Positions 9,378 to 18,636 of a stretch of 64,000 nt of DNA are shown here, piece after piece. The notes beneath the pieces were generated by a model, which made no database searches, was not told where the DNA came from, and saw only the letters and a program-made list of their open reading frames with translations. A program made the position numbers and the translations under genes. Position 1 is the stretch's first letter; every line of letters starts with the position of its first letter. This DNA is from Patescibacteria group bacterium (lineage in GTDB: Bacteria; Patescibacteriota; UBA1384; GWA2-35-9; JBASTP01): NCBI GenBank assembly GCA_049274945.1, contig JBASTP010000002.1:1125-65124 (forward strand). Direction: 5' to 3'.

Positions 9378-10484
9378 ATGCCTAAAGAAGATCTCGGGGA
9401 AACATTTGCCGTCATTCGCGTGGTTGGCGTTGGCGGTTCGGGGAGTAACGCGATCAACCGCATGATTACGTCTAAAATGCGCGGCGTTGAATTTATTACC
9501 GTAAACACCGACGCCCAGGCCCTCACCTACTCAAGCGCCCAAACCCGCATCCAAATCGGCAAGGAAACCACCAGGGGGCTCGGCGCTGGCTCGGATATCG
9601 AACTCGGCCGCAAGTCAATTGAAGAAAATAAAGAAGAAGTGTACGAAGCGCTCAAGGGTTCTGATATGGTGTTTGTAACCTATGGCGCGGGCGGCGGCAC
9701 CGGCACCGGCGCTGGGCCCATGGTTGCCCAAATTGCCAAAGAACTCGGCGCGCTCACCGTTGGGGTATGTACTAAACCATTTAGTTTTGAAGGATTGCGG
9801 CGCAAAAAGGTGGCGGACTTAGGCATTGAAGAACTGGCCGACAAAGTGGATACCTTAATTGTCATCCCTAACGACCGACTGCTCCAGGTGATCGACAAGA
9901 AAACCTCGCTCTGGGACGCCTTCGGCGTGGTGGACGATGTGCTCCGCCAGGGCGTGCAGGGTATTTCCGACCTGATTACCCTCCACGGTATTATCAACGT
10001 TGACTTTGCCGACGTGCGGGCAATCATGGCTGACGCCGGTTCCGCGCTTATGGGCATTGGCCGCGCCTCCGGCGACAACCGGGCAATCGAAGCTGCCAAG
10101 AGTGCGATCGATTCGCCCCTGCTGGAACTCTCAATCGACGGCGCCAAGGGCATTCTCTTTAACATCACCGGCGGGCCGGACCTTTCCATGTACGAGGTAG
10201 ATGAAGCCGCCAAAACCATTACCGAGGCAGCCGATGCCGACGCCAACATTATCTTCGGCGCGATTATCGACGAGGCCATGGCTGGCGAGATCAAAATCAC
10301 CGTGATCGCTACCGGCTTTGAGACCGAAGGCAAACCGCTCAAGAAAACCGTTGAGCAGCCGGAACGGCTCGGCACGCCGAGCTTTGAACGGGAAAGTTTC
10401 GCACCGGCGGCCGCCGACGCCGCGCGAGAAGAAGAGGAATCAGAACTCGAAATCCCTGCCTTTATCAGAAGGAAGTTGAAATAA
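9378..10484 (+). CDS. ftsZ: cell division protein FtsZ
   Basis: [25 protein letters not shown] tubulin signature; GGAAAGGAAG RBS before ATG 9378. Confidence 0.95.
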   Translation: MPKEDLGETFAVIRVVGVGGSGSNAINRMITSKMRGVEFITVNTDAQALTYSSAQTRIQIGKETTRGLGAGSDIELGRKSIEENKEEVYEALKGSDMVFVTYGAGGGTGTGAGPMVAQIAKELGALTVGVCTKPFSFEGLRRKKVADLGIEELADKVDTLIVIPNDRLLQVIDKKTSLWDAFGVVDDVLRQGVQGISDLITLHGIINVDFADVRAIMADAGSALMGIGRASGDNRAIEAAKSAIDSPLLELSIDGAKGILFNITGGPDLSMYEVDEAAKTITEAADADANIIFGAIIDEAMAGEIKITVIATGFETEGKPLKKTVEQPERLGTPSFERESFAPAAADAAREEEESELEIPAFIRRKLK

Positions 10485-10495
10485 TAGGTACTCTC

Positions 10496-10984
10496 TTGGC
10501 TCCAAAAGACACATACACAAAACTTATCGAGCTTCTTGATCAACATGGGGCTCAGTATCGACTGATCGATCATCCACCAGAAGGGCGGACAGAACTGGTC
10601 AGCCCAATGCGCGGACACGACATCTCTCGGGCAGCGAAGTGTATGATCTTGATGGTAAAGATCGGAAAAAAAGATAAAAAGTTTGTTCTAGGTGTCATTC
10701 CGGGCAACGCGAGAATAAGCTTTAACGCCGTCAAAGCGCTATTTGGCGGAACTTATATTTCGTTCGCATCTCCAGATATTGCCGAAAGGCTCGCGGGAAG
10801 TGTTGCAGGTACGGTCCTTCCATTCTCCTTTGACCCAGAGTTAATCTTGATCGTTGATCCATCGTTGAGAAAGAACGAATTTATTTACTTCAATGCGGCA
10901 CGCTTGGATCGGTCCGTTGAACTGAAAACAAGTGATTATCTGAAAATCGCCAACCCGCGCTTCGAACCGATCGCCGAACAATAA
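10496..10984 (+). CDS. YbaK/ProX-type aminoacyl-tRNA deacylase
   Basis: YbaK/EbsC domain pattern (KCMILMVKIG...VLGVIPG). Confidence 0.7.
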   Translation: MAPKDTYTKLIELLDQHGAQYRLIDHPPEGRTELVSPMRGHDISRAAKCMILMVKIGKKDKKFVLGVIPGNARISFNAVKALFGGTYISFASPDIAERLAGSVAGTVLPFSFDPELILIVDPSLRKNEFIYFNAARLDRSVELKTSDYLKIANPRFEPIAEQ

Positions 10985-11008
10985 TTTTGCCTGCAGCATT
11001 GGCTAACA

Positions 11009-11037
11009 TCTATATTCCACTCCGGGAGTGGAATATA
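11009..11037. repeat. REP-like palindromic hairpin (ctatattccactccgggagtggaatatag) immediately 3' of RAYT gene
   Basis: Perfect 29-bp palindrome. Confidence 0.8.
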
Positions 11038-11039
11038 GA

Positions 11040-11717
11040 TTATTCTTCAAATGTAAGGTGATCGACAGTTTTGATTTTTTTCTGATAATCTGAAAAATCG
11101 CTCACGAACCGCTCATAATCTGAGGGTTTTTTGAACTGTTTAAGGACGATCTCTTTGTCGCAAATGTTCTGATCAGTGCCGCCCAGATATTCACGCAAAG
11201 AAGACCATGGATACTGACGAAGTGCACCCATATCTTTGACTAGGTAAGAATCTAGGGGATTGAGGTGAATATACCGAGAAAGGTGCAGCAGTTGGCTATC
11301 ATTCTCAACCCTCACCGCCTTAAATTGTCCCTGGACAAGCGGGCCAATCCGCTCGTGTTTGGTGTTGAAGTAGCGGCTAAAACTGTCCTGCCAGTGCGCC
11401 ACGAATCGTGATATACCATTGTTCTGTAACTGCTTAAGGAGGAAGTGGAAATGGTTAGGCATTAAACAAAATGCAACAATGCCAATCAACCGGTCATTGG
11501 TAGTGAGGAGATTATCCCAAATTTTTTCTCGTTGCGTTAGTGCGAAATTCTTGAACCGAGAGTATTTAATTGTCTGGTTCGCAAACTGATAGAACTTGAT
11601 TAACTCAATCGCCCGCGCATAATCCCGACTATCCAAAAAAATAGGTTGCTTATTAACACCTCGATTGAAAATATGGTAGTACTGACCCTCGACTAACGGC
11701 GTTTTTCTATAAGGCAC
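11040..11717 (-). CDS. IS200-like / REP-associated tyrosine transposase (RAYT, HuH Y1 family)
   Basis: HIFNRG and CLMPNHFHFLL (HuH) motifs; AT-rich relative to surroundings; flanked by REP hairpins. Confidence 0.85.
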   Translation of the reverse strand: MPYRKTPLVEGQYYHIFNRGVNKQPIFLDSRDYARAIELIKFYQFANQTIKYSRFKNFALTQREKIWDNLLTTNDRLIGIVAFCLMPNHFHFLLKQLQNNGISRFVAHWQDSFSRYFNTKHERIGPLVQGQFKAVRVENDSQLLHLSRYIHLNPLDSYLVKDMGALRQYPWSSLREYLGGTDQNICDKEIVLKQFKKPSDYERFVSDFSDYQKKIKTVDHLTFEE

Positions 11718-11755
11718 TTTTTAGTAAAATAGTCCGAATTCCCCGAAGTGTCAAG

Positions 11756-11776
11756 GGTATTCCACTCCCGGAGTGG
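11756..11776. repeat. REP-like hairpin copy (ggtattccactcccggagtgg), 5' flank of RAYT gene
   Basis: Matches REP core; loop variant ccc-gg. Confidence 0.65.
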
Positions 11777-11970
11777 TCATAGTGGTCACCATCAATTCAA
11801 TGAGCGTAAATCCCTTTATTTTCCTCATCACCATCATCTCCTCGTGCGGGATGCTTATATTCTAACGCGAAACCCAATTGTTATCCACCCCAAGAGGTCA
11901 GGGTTGACTTAGAACTCCTGATGAGGTATATTTTTAGCGAAATCCTGAACAACCGACGAAAGGAACGACC

Positions 11971-12690
11971 ATGGACGAAGAGATTAGATCGGGATTGCTG
12001 GTTCGCTATCCAGATACCAAACTCAACTGCGGAGAACAACTCGACTACTTGTTCCGGGAATGGTCGGAACGGCTTCCCAATAGCCTTCGGGTGACAGATA
12101 CCGTGGAGTACACCTTCTGGACGCCGAACCGCAATCTATACCTCACGGATATTAGAGAGGGATTAAAACCTTGGTGGAAAAATAGCTACCCTGCTAACAC
12201 GTTTATCGAGCTACACGTGCGCCCTGATGGCAGGCCCTGGGGTAATGCCCTCATAGCAATCGAAGCAATTGCCCTGATCGGTAATCAAGCCGATAATCGA
12301 CAATCACACTTTCTCTCTGGTGGTACGATAATCGGCCACGCCAAGCTACTGCGGTTCGAGGACAGGGATGAACTGTTTTTCTCCGGTGTGGTGGCGCTGA
12401 CAGAAACAGCTGCCGGTTTGGAAATCTTGTCACCGAATGACCTGATCGGGCAAGTGCGGGTATGTATAGACAAGATTAACGAGGTCTGCGGGAAAGCGGC
12501 AATACCAAAGAGCGCGATCGATTTGATCGAAGTTTTTCTCCCACGACGGCACTACCCGTTTGCCAGTACCATTGTTGAAATGCTCTGGCGCAAGTTTAGG
12601 GCACCCCAAATCAGCTGCCGCCAGGTGGACGGACTGTTCATGGATGGCCTGCTCGTCGAAATCCGCCCGCACGCCGTGGTGTGGAAGTGA
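11971..12690 (+). CDS. hypothetical protein (239 aa)
   Basis: ORF track; no recognised motif. Confidence 0.5.
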   Translation: MDEEIRSGLLVRYPDTKLNCGEQLDYLFREWSERLPNSLRVTDTVEYTFWTPNRNLYLTDIREGLKPWWKNSYPANTFIELHVRPDGRPWGNALIAIEAIALIGNQADNRQSHFLSGGTIIGHAKLLRFEDRDELFFSGVVALTETAAGLEILSPNDLIGQVRVCIDKINEVCGKAAIPKSAIDLIEVFLPRRHYPFASTIVEMLWRKFRAPQISCRQVDGLFMDGLLVEIRPHAVVWK

Positions 12691-12695
12691 TTTAG

Positions 12696-12896
12696 ATGAA
12701 ATATTCAATGATTTATTACAACCAACACGCCAGTGGCGATTGCCCTGAATGCAACGGGACAGGGATTATCCGCTTTTTCTTTGAGAACGATTCGACCGAG
12801 GATGCACCGTGTCCACTGTGCTTCCCCGATGAGAAATCCCTCTACGACGCAAAACTCAATCGTTTTTATGCACCGTCGGCCAACGATGAAGCATAG
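12696..12896 (+). CDS. small zinc-ribbon-like protein (CxxC...CxxC, 66 aa)
   Basis: CPECNG ... CPLC; 6 nt after preceding gene. Confidence 0.45.
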   Translation: MKYSMIYYNQHASGDCPECNGTGIIRFFFENDSTEDAPCPLCFPDEKSLYDAKLNRFYAPSANDEA

Positions 12897-12910
12897 CGAT
12901 GCTTGGCCAG

Positions 12911-12938
12911 AGCAGGGAAACCTGCTCTTTTGTTTTGG
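12911..12938 (+). terminator. intrinsic terminator (agagcagg-gaaa-cctgctct + TTTTGTTTT)
   Basis: GC stem plus U-run after 66-aa gene. Confidence 0.65.
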
Positions 12939-13073
12939 GCAATATATCACTTGATATCACCTCCGAGGTGTGAAGGTTTAGGGTGGTCAGTCACGACAAT
13001 GGCTTTTATTGGTAGGGTATATGTGGTATCATTTGGCTATCGGACCTGAAAAACAAGGAGAAGTGAAACATTT

Positions 13074-13346
13074 ATGCCCAAAGAACTGAAAGCACCGCCT
13101 TACGATCATCCAGCAACAGCTAAAAGGCGCCTTGCGCAGATGAAACAGGAAGAGAAGATTAACAACGATGCGCTCGAAGCAAACAAAGCAACCTGGGCAA
13201 AGCAGTACGCTGGCAAGTGGGTAGCCATTCACCAAGGCAAGGTGGTTGCAGCTCGAACATCTAAACAAAGGCTGAACAACTGGCTTGACACTGATCAAGG
13301 GCAACGGCTAACTGGTGACGTTCTGCTACACGAGTTCCTTAAGTAA
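13074..13346 (+). CDS. hypothetical protein (90 aa), DUF5678-like (GKWVAIHQGKVVA)
   Basis: ORF track; motif resemblance only. Confidence 0.45.
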   Translation: MPKELKAPPYDHPATAKRRLAQMKQEEKINNDALEANKATWAKQYAGKWVAIHQGKVVAARTSKQRLNNWLDTDQGQRLTGDVLLHEFLK

Positions 13347-13368
13347 CAAAGGGAACACAACTTATCAC

Positions 13369-13397
13369 GCTCATAAGAGCAGGTACGTCCTGCTCTT
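13369..13397 (+). terminator. intrinsic terminator (aagagcagg-tacgt-cctgctctt + TTGTTT)
   Basis: Hairpin plus U-run. Confidence 0.65.
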
Positions 13398-13653
13398 TTG
13401 TTTATCCTCTATAAACGAACAATATACGAACTGATTAAGCAGTTTAACGTATCAAGTTTAAGGGTTCAAAGTGAGATTTTGCGATGCGACAGCGTTGTAA
13501 AATCTCGCTGTATTTTACGACACGCATTATGTCGTGTTGTAAAATGACATATTTTGCGACATCGCCGAAGGCGCAATGTGCTCATCGCGCTTCGCGCGAT
13601 AATTTGCGACATTCACAGTGGATAACCTGTGGAAATGGCTTCACAGCAACCCC

Positions 13654-13707
13654 TTGACAACACTACATGTTGTGCGTAGCGTAGAGTGTGGACCCTAGAT
13701 ATAGTGA
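13654..13707 (+). promoter_or_regulatory. nrdR-nrdJ promoter (TTGACA-17-TAGCGT) overlapped by two NrdR-box-like palindromes at 13660..13675 and 13692..13707
   Basis: ACACTACATGTTGTGC and ACCCTAGATATAGTGA resemble the NrdR box consensus acaCwAtATaTwGtgt; 32-bp spacing. Confidence 0.55.
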
Positions 13708-13726
13708 TTTATAAGGAATTTGCGCC

Positions 13727-14182
13727 ATGATTTGCCCCAAATGTAAATCGGAACAGGTCTATGTCATCGACAGCCGGGAGATGGACGAGAAAACCATCCG
13801 CCGCCGGCGCGAGTGCGAGGAATGCAAGCAGCGATTTACCACCTTTGAGCGGATCGATCCGGTAAGTTTTGCAATCGTCAAGAAAGATGGCACGAGCGAA
13901 CCCTACGATCGCACCAAAATCGTGACCGGCATTAAGCGAGCGCTTGAAAAACGCCCGGTGAACGATGAAAGCATTGAAGCCATGGTAGACCGGATCGAGT
14001 GGAAGCTGGTTGAGAGCGGCGAGCAAGAGATTGCATCGAGCAAAATCGGCAACCTGGTGATCCGAGAGTTACGCGCCGTGGATGAGGTTGGCTACTTGCG
14101 GTTTGCTTCGGTTTACCGCGCCTTCCGGAGCCTCGAGGCATTTTCGAAAGAAATGAAACGATTTGAGAAAACGAAAGCATAA
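13727..14182 (+). CDS. nrdR: transcriptional repressor NrdR
   Basis: CPKC...CEEC zinc ribbon plus ATP-cone. Confidence 0.92.
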   Translation: MICPKCKSEQVYVIDSREMDEKTIRRRRECEECKQRFTTFERIDPVSFAIVKKDGTSEPYDRTKIVTGIKRALEKRPVNDESIEAMVDRIEWKLVESGEQEIASSKIGNLVIRELRAVDEVGYLRFASVYRAFRSLEAFSKEMKRFEKTKA

Positions 14183-14219
14183 CGTAATATATAACACTAG
14201 TAAGTTAGGGGGTAATTTC

Positions 14220-17200
14220 ATGGCAAAGAAGGGGAAAAGCTCGCAAGCGGAGCGGATCGAGTTACCAAAGGTCATAATTGACCTGGGCAGCAGTCGAAAC
14301 ACTAACGATAAGCGGTTTGATCTGGTTGCCGGGGTAGTCGCCAAGGAGCCTACCGGCAAAGGGTTGCAGTTTAACCGGGTATTTTCCAAAGCGGGGATCC
14401 ACCCGTTCGATGAAATTACCTGGGAAAAACGCGACGCCAGAATCATCGACGAGAAGGGTAAGGTAATGTTCGAGCAGCTCGGGGTTGAGGTGCCGGAGTT
14501 CTGGACCCAACTTGCCACCGACATTGCCACCTCAAAATACTTCCGCAAAAAAGGCCTGCCTACCCCCGAGGGCCGCGAGGTCTCGGCCAAACAGCTGATT
14601 ACCCGCGTTGCCCATTCTATCCGGAAAGCAGGGGAGAGCCTGGGCAGCTACTTTACAACCACCGACGACGCCGAGGTCTTTGAGGCAGAGTTAACGAGTC
14701 TGCTGATTAACCAACGAGTTGCCTTTAACTCACCTGTGTGGTTCAACTGCGGCCTCTACCAAACATATGGCATTGAAGGGAGCGGCGGCAACTGGTTCTG
14801 GAACCCCGAAACCCGCCAGGTGGAAGAAACCGCCAATGCCTACCAGTACCCCCAGTGCTCGGCGTGCTTTATCCAATCGGTCTCCGACGATCTCCGTTCG
14901 ATTTTTGAGCTCGTCAAAAACGAGGCGATGCTCTTTAAGTACGGCTCTGGCACCGGCACCAACTTTAGTAACCTCCGTTCCAAGGGCGAGGAACTCTCGG
15001 GTGGCGGCAAATCCTCGGGCGTGATGAGCTTTTTGAAGGTACTCGACGCCGGCGCCGGCTCGATCAAATCCGGCGGCACCACCCGGCGCGCCGCCAAGAT
15101 GGTGGTACTCGACATGGACCACCCCGAGATAGTTGATTTTATCGATTGGAAGGTCAAGGAAGAGGAAAAAGCGCGCCTGCTGATTGCCCACGGCGGCTAC
15201 CCGGCTGATTTTAACGGCGAGGCCTACCAAACCGTTTCCGGCCAGAACTCCAACAACTCGGTGCGCATTCCCGACGAGTTCATGAAAGCCTATCTCGACA
15301 ATAAGGAATGGGCCACCCGCTGGCGCACCGATGGCAATGTGGCCCAAACCTACCAAGCCAAAGAACTGATGGACCGAATTGCCCAGGCCGCCTGGCGCTC
15401 GGCTGACCCGGGCGTTCAGTTCGACACCACGATCCAGGAATGGAACCCGGTGGCCAACTCCGATCGCATCAACGCCACCAACCCGTGCTCTGAATTCGTG
15501 TTCATCGACGACACCGCCTGCAACCTGGCGTCGTTCAATCTGATGAAGTTTACGGCGCCCGACGGCAGCTTTAAGGTAGACGAGTTCCGCCACGCCGTCC
15601 GCATCCTGATTACCGCCATGGAAATCCTGGTGGATTTTGCGAGCTACCCGACTAAACAAATCGCCGAGCGCTCCCACCAATTCCGGCCGCTCGGCCTAGG
15701 CTACGCCAATTTGGGGACGCTCCTCATGATCAACGGCATTCCCTACGACAGCCCCGAGGGCCGCGCGTGGGCCGGGGCGATTACCGCTATTTTGCACTGC
15801 GATGCCTACGCCACGTCGGCCGAGCTCGCCAGTCAGGTGGGGCCGTTCGAAGCCTACCAAGCCAACCGCGAGCCGTTCCAAAAAGTGATCCACAAACACG
15901 CCGAAGCGGCCTACAGACTTGATGCCACGGCGTGCCCCAAGCCGCTCATCGAAGCAGCCCACCAGGCGGCCGACCAAATGGTGGCGCTCGGGCAGGGGCA
16001 CGGCTACCGCAACGCCCAGGTTACCAACATCGCGCCAACCGGCACAATCGCGCTTTTAATGGACTGCGACACCACCGGCGTTGAACCCGATTTTGCCCTC
16101 GTGAAGTACAAAAAGCTCGCCGGCGGCGGATTCTTTAAGATTATCAACCAGTCGGTGCCGCGGGCCCTGCGAAAACTGGGCTACAATGCCCGCGAGATCG
16201 ACGAGATTAACCGCTACATTGTTGGCTCCCAAACCCTCGACGGCGTGCCCCACATCAACCGAGAAACCCTCAAAGCCAAAGGGCTGACCGACGAGGAGGT
16301 GGACAGCGTCAACCGGGTGCTGCCCTCGGTGTTCGATTTTTCAAGCGCCTTTGGCGAGTGGACGCTCGGCCAAGCCTGCCTTACCCGGCTCGGTATCAAG
16401 GGCGCCAATGTACTCCTAGAACTTGGCTTCACCGCACAGCAGATCGAGCAGGCCGGCACCTTTACCTGTGGCATGATGACGATCGAAGGCGCCCCCGCCG
16501 TGAAGCCAGCGCACCTGCCGGTGTTCGACTGTGCCAACAAAAACGGCCGCCACGGCGTGCGCTATATTCAAGCAATGGGCCACGTGCGCATGATGGCCGC
16601 GGTCCAGCCGTTCATTTCCGGCGCGATCAGCAAAACCGTAAATCTGCCCGAGGACGCTACGGTGGAGGATATTAAACAAGTTTATATGGAATCGTGGAAA
16701 CAGGGTTTGAAAGCCCTGTCGGTGTATCGCGACAACTCCAAAATGAGCCAACCGCTCTCCACGGTATCCGAGGCGCGGAAGGAGCGCGATAACGATAGTA
16801 GCCAGGGATCAGGAGTCAGTAGCCAGGAGACACCAGACGCTCAGTTCCGCCCCCAGCGCAGGCGGCTGCCGGACGAACGCAAATCAATCACCCACAAGTT
16901 CACGATCGCCGGCCACGACGGCTACCTTACCATAGGCCTGTTTGAGGATGGCTCGCCGGGCGAGATTTTCATCCGCATGGCGAAGGAAGGCTCAACCATT
17001 GCGGGCCTCGTGGATAGCTTTGCCATTGCCGTTTCCATGGGGTTGCAGTACGGCGTGCCCCTGGACACGATTGTTTCCAAGTTCGCCCACGTGCGGTTCG
17101 ATCCATCGGGGTTCACCACCCACCCGAAAATCAGGATCGCCAAATCACTGATTGACTACATTGCCCGCTACCTGGCCTACAAATTTCTGCCCAAGGAACG

Positions 17201-17462
17201 CTGGCACGAGGTGGGGTTGAATGGCGACGATGCCAGTAGCCAGGCATCAGTAGCCAGTAGCCAGGAGATAGGTAAACCAGTGGATCAACCGACCATTTTT
17301 GAGGCGCCACAAAAACCAGAACTAACCACCGGGCCAACCGCGCAAACCAAACTCGATCCAATAGGGGACTCGCCGAGCTGTGGCGAATGCGGCGGCATGA
17401 TGACGCGCTCCGGCAGCTGCTACAAGTGTATGAACTGCGGCTCAACGAGTGGATGCTCCTAG
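14220..17462 (+). CDS. nrdJ: class II (adenosylcobalamin-dependent) ribonucleotide reductase
   Basis: NPCSEF active-site region, C-terminal CGECGG...CYKCMNCG zinc ribbon; RBS AGGGGGT before ATG 14220; two Ser/Gln-rich low-complexity inserts. Confidence 0.9.
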   Translation: MAKKGKSSQAERIELPKVIIDLGSSRNTNDKRFDLVAGVVAKEPTGKGLQFNRVFSKAGIHPFDEITWEKRDARIIDEKGKVMFEQLGVEVPEFWTQLATDIATSKYFRKKGLPTPEGREVSAKQLITRVAHSIRKAGESLGSYFTTTDDAEVFEAELTSLLINQRVAFNSPVWFNCGLYQTYGIEGSGGNWFWNPETRQVEETANAYQYPQCSACFIQSVSDDLRSIFELVKNEAMLFKYGSGTGTNFSNLRSKGEELSGGGKSSGVMSFLKVLDAGAGSIKSGGTTRRAAKMVVLDMDHPEIVDFIDWKVKEEEKARLLIAHGGYPADFNGEAYQTVSGQNSNNSVRIPDEFMKAYLDNKEWATRWRTDGNVAQTYQAKELMDRIAQAAWRSADPGVQFDTTIQEWNPVANSDRINATNPCSEFVFIDDTACNLASFNLMKFTAPDGSFKVDEFRHAVRILITAMEILVDFASYPTKQIAERSHQFRPLGLGYANLGTLLMINGIPYDSPEGRAWAGAITAILHCDAYATSAELASQVGPFEAYQANREPFQKVIHKHAEAAYRLDATACPKPLIEAAHQAADQMVALGQGHGYRNAQVTNIAPTGTIALLMDCDTTGVEPDFALVKYKKLAGGGFFKIINQSVPRALRKLGYNAREIDEINRYIVGSQTLDGVPHINRETLKAKGLTDEEVDSVNRVLPSVFDFSSAFGEWTLGQACLTRLGIKGANVLLELGFTAQQIEQAGTFTCGMMTIEGAPAVKPAHLPVFDCANKNGRHGVRYIQAMGHVRMMAAVQPFISGAISKTVNLPEDATVEDIKQVYMESWKQGLKALSVYRDNSKMSQPLSTVSEARKERDNDSSQGSGVSSQETPDAQFRPQRRRLPDERKSITHKFTIAGHDGYLTIGLFEDGSPGEIFIRMAKEGSTIAGLVDSFAIAVSMGLQYGVPLDTIVSKFAHVRFDPSGFTTHPKIRIAKSLIDYIARYLAYKFLPKERWHEVGLNGDDASSQASVASSQEIGKPVDQPTIFEAPQKPELTTGPTAQTKLDPIGDSPSCGECGGMMTRSGSCYKCMNCGSTSGCS

Positions 17463-17480
17463 AAAACTTAATGAAGGACT

Positions 17481-17567
17481 ACAGCCACAGATATTTGATC
17501 CACTGATTGACACTGATACACTCCATGGTATGATCTGTGGTTATCAGTGGATTAACATCAGTGGTTG
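17481..17567. repeat. intergenic palindromic repeat, copy 2
   Basis: agccacagatatttgatccactgattgacactgat...atctgtggttatcagtggattaacatcagtggttg. Confidence 0.8.
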
Positions 17568-17592
17568 TTTGACTACCTTAATTTAGAAAATT

Positions 17593-18033
17593 ATGCGCAA
17601 ATCCCAAAAGATTGTTTTAATTTCGGTTGTGGTGCTCGTGTCGCTGGGCCTCGTGAGCAACTTTTCGGGTTTCGCAAGCAATTCAGGTGCCAGGCGGCAG
17701 CAACCCCGGAACGTCAAACCTAGAAACGATATTCAGCGCCGAGAGCCAACCAGCGCCGATCTTAAAGTTACCCGTGCACCCGATAACAAAACGGTTAACT
17801 ACCAGGGCTTCGAGGGTAAAACCGCGCTCGAGTTGCTCCGGCTCGTTGCCCACGTAGAGACCAAAAACTTCGGCGAGCTGGGCGATATGGTAACGGAAAT
17901 CGACGGTATTACCGCTGACAAAGGCAACTTTTGGGCGCTCTACGTGAACGGCAAGCAATCTGAAGTCGGGGCAAGTAGTTACAAAACCAAGCCAGGGGAG
18001 AGCGTGGAGTGGCGGTATGAGGAAATCAAATGA
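17593..18033 (+). CDS. membrane-anchored DUF4430 domain protein (transcobalamin-like fold; putative B12 binding)
   Basis: N-terminal TM; GNFWALYVNGKQSEVGASSYKTKPGESVEWRY matches DUF4430 pattern. Confidence 0.65.
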   Translation: MRKSQKIVLISVVVLVSLGLVSNFSGFASNSGARRQQPRNVKPRNDIQRREPTSADLKVTRAPDNKTVNYQGFEGKTALELLRLVAHVETKNFGELGDMVTEIDGITADKGNFWALYVNGKQSEVGASSYKTKPGESVEWRYEEIK

Positions 18034-18038
18034 TGACA

Positions 18039-18122
18039 CAACCACTGATATCTGATCCACTGATAACCACAGATTCTTGTGGCCTATCAGTGATTATCTG
18101 TGGCATAAATCTGTGGTTGTAG
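18039..18122. repeat. intergenic palindromic repeat, copy 3
   Basis: caaccactgatatctgatccactgataaccacagat...tgattatctgtggcataaatctgtggttg. Confidence 0.8.
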
Positions 18123-18131
18123 CCCTTCATT

Positions 18132-18635
18132 ATGACGTATCTCCTCATCTTCCTCGGTCTCGCCGCGCGCCTGCTGCCTCACTCCGCCAATTTCACCCCG
18201 GTGGGCGCGATTGGGCTTTTTGGCGGCGCCCAGCTGCCCAAACGGTTGGCGCTTGCCCTGCCGCTCATTGCGGTGTTCATTTCTGATCTTATCATCGGCT
18301 TTTATACCTGGCAGGTGATGCTATCGGTATACCTTGGTTTCCTGGTGTATGGCCTAGCTGGCCTGTGGATCCGGCAGGACTATTCGATCAAGCGCATGGT
18401 GGCTGGCACGCTCGGCGCCTCGGTATTTTTTTTCCTGCTTACCAACGCCGCGGTTTGGGCCTTTACGCCGCTCTACCCCCACACCCTTACTGGCCTTAGC
18501 GAGAGCTACCTGGCCGCGCTGCCATTTTTTCGCAACTCACTGCTGGGTGATTTCTTCTATACCGGAGCATTCTTCGGGGTCTACGAGTTGACACGATTTT
18601 GGGTTGCGGATAGAGTAAGTTTTGCAAGGAGGTGA
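18132..18635 (+). CDS. polytopic membrane protein, putative ECF-transporter S (substrate-capture) component
   Basis: 5-6 TM helices, LLPHSANFTPVGAIGLFGG N-terminal motif common in ECF S components. Confidence 0.5.
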   Translation: MTYLLIFLGLAARLLPHSANFTPVGAIGLFGGAQLPKRLALALPLIAVFISDLIIGFYTWQVMLSVYLGFLVYGLAGLWIRQDYSIKRMVAGTLGASVFFFLLTNAAVWAFTPLYPHTLTGLSESYLAALPFFRNSLLGDFFYTGAFFGVYELTRFWVADRVSFARR

Positions 18636-18636
18636 C

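Noticed and set aside
9680-10618. 312-aa minus-strand ORF
   Set aside because: Antisense shadow of ftsZ.
13617-13625. Near-DnaA box AGTGGATAA upstream of nrdR
   Set aside because: It is a single imperfect site, insufficient to call an origin.
14730-15680. 316-aa minus-strand ORF
   Set aside because: Antisense to the nrdJ catalytic core, with typical GC-rich shadow ORF composition.
14220-17462. Possible intein in the 1080-aa NrdJ
   Set aside because: No intein block motifs (C/S...HN-C/S/T) were seen. The extra length is explained by low-complexity inserts and a C-terminal zinc-ribbon extension.
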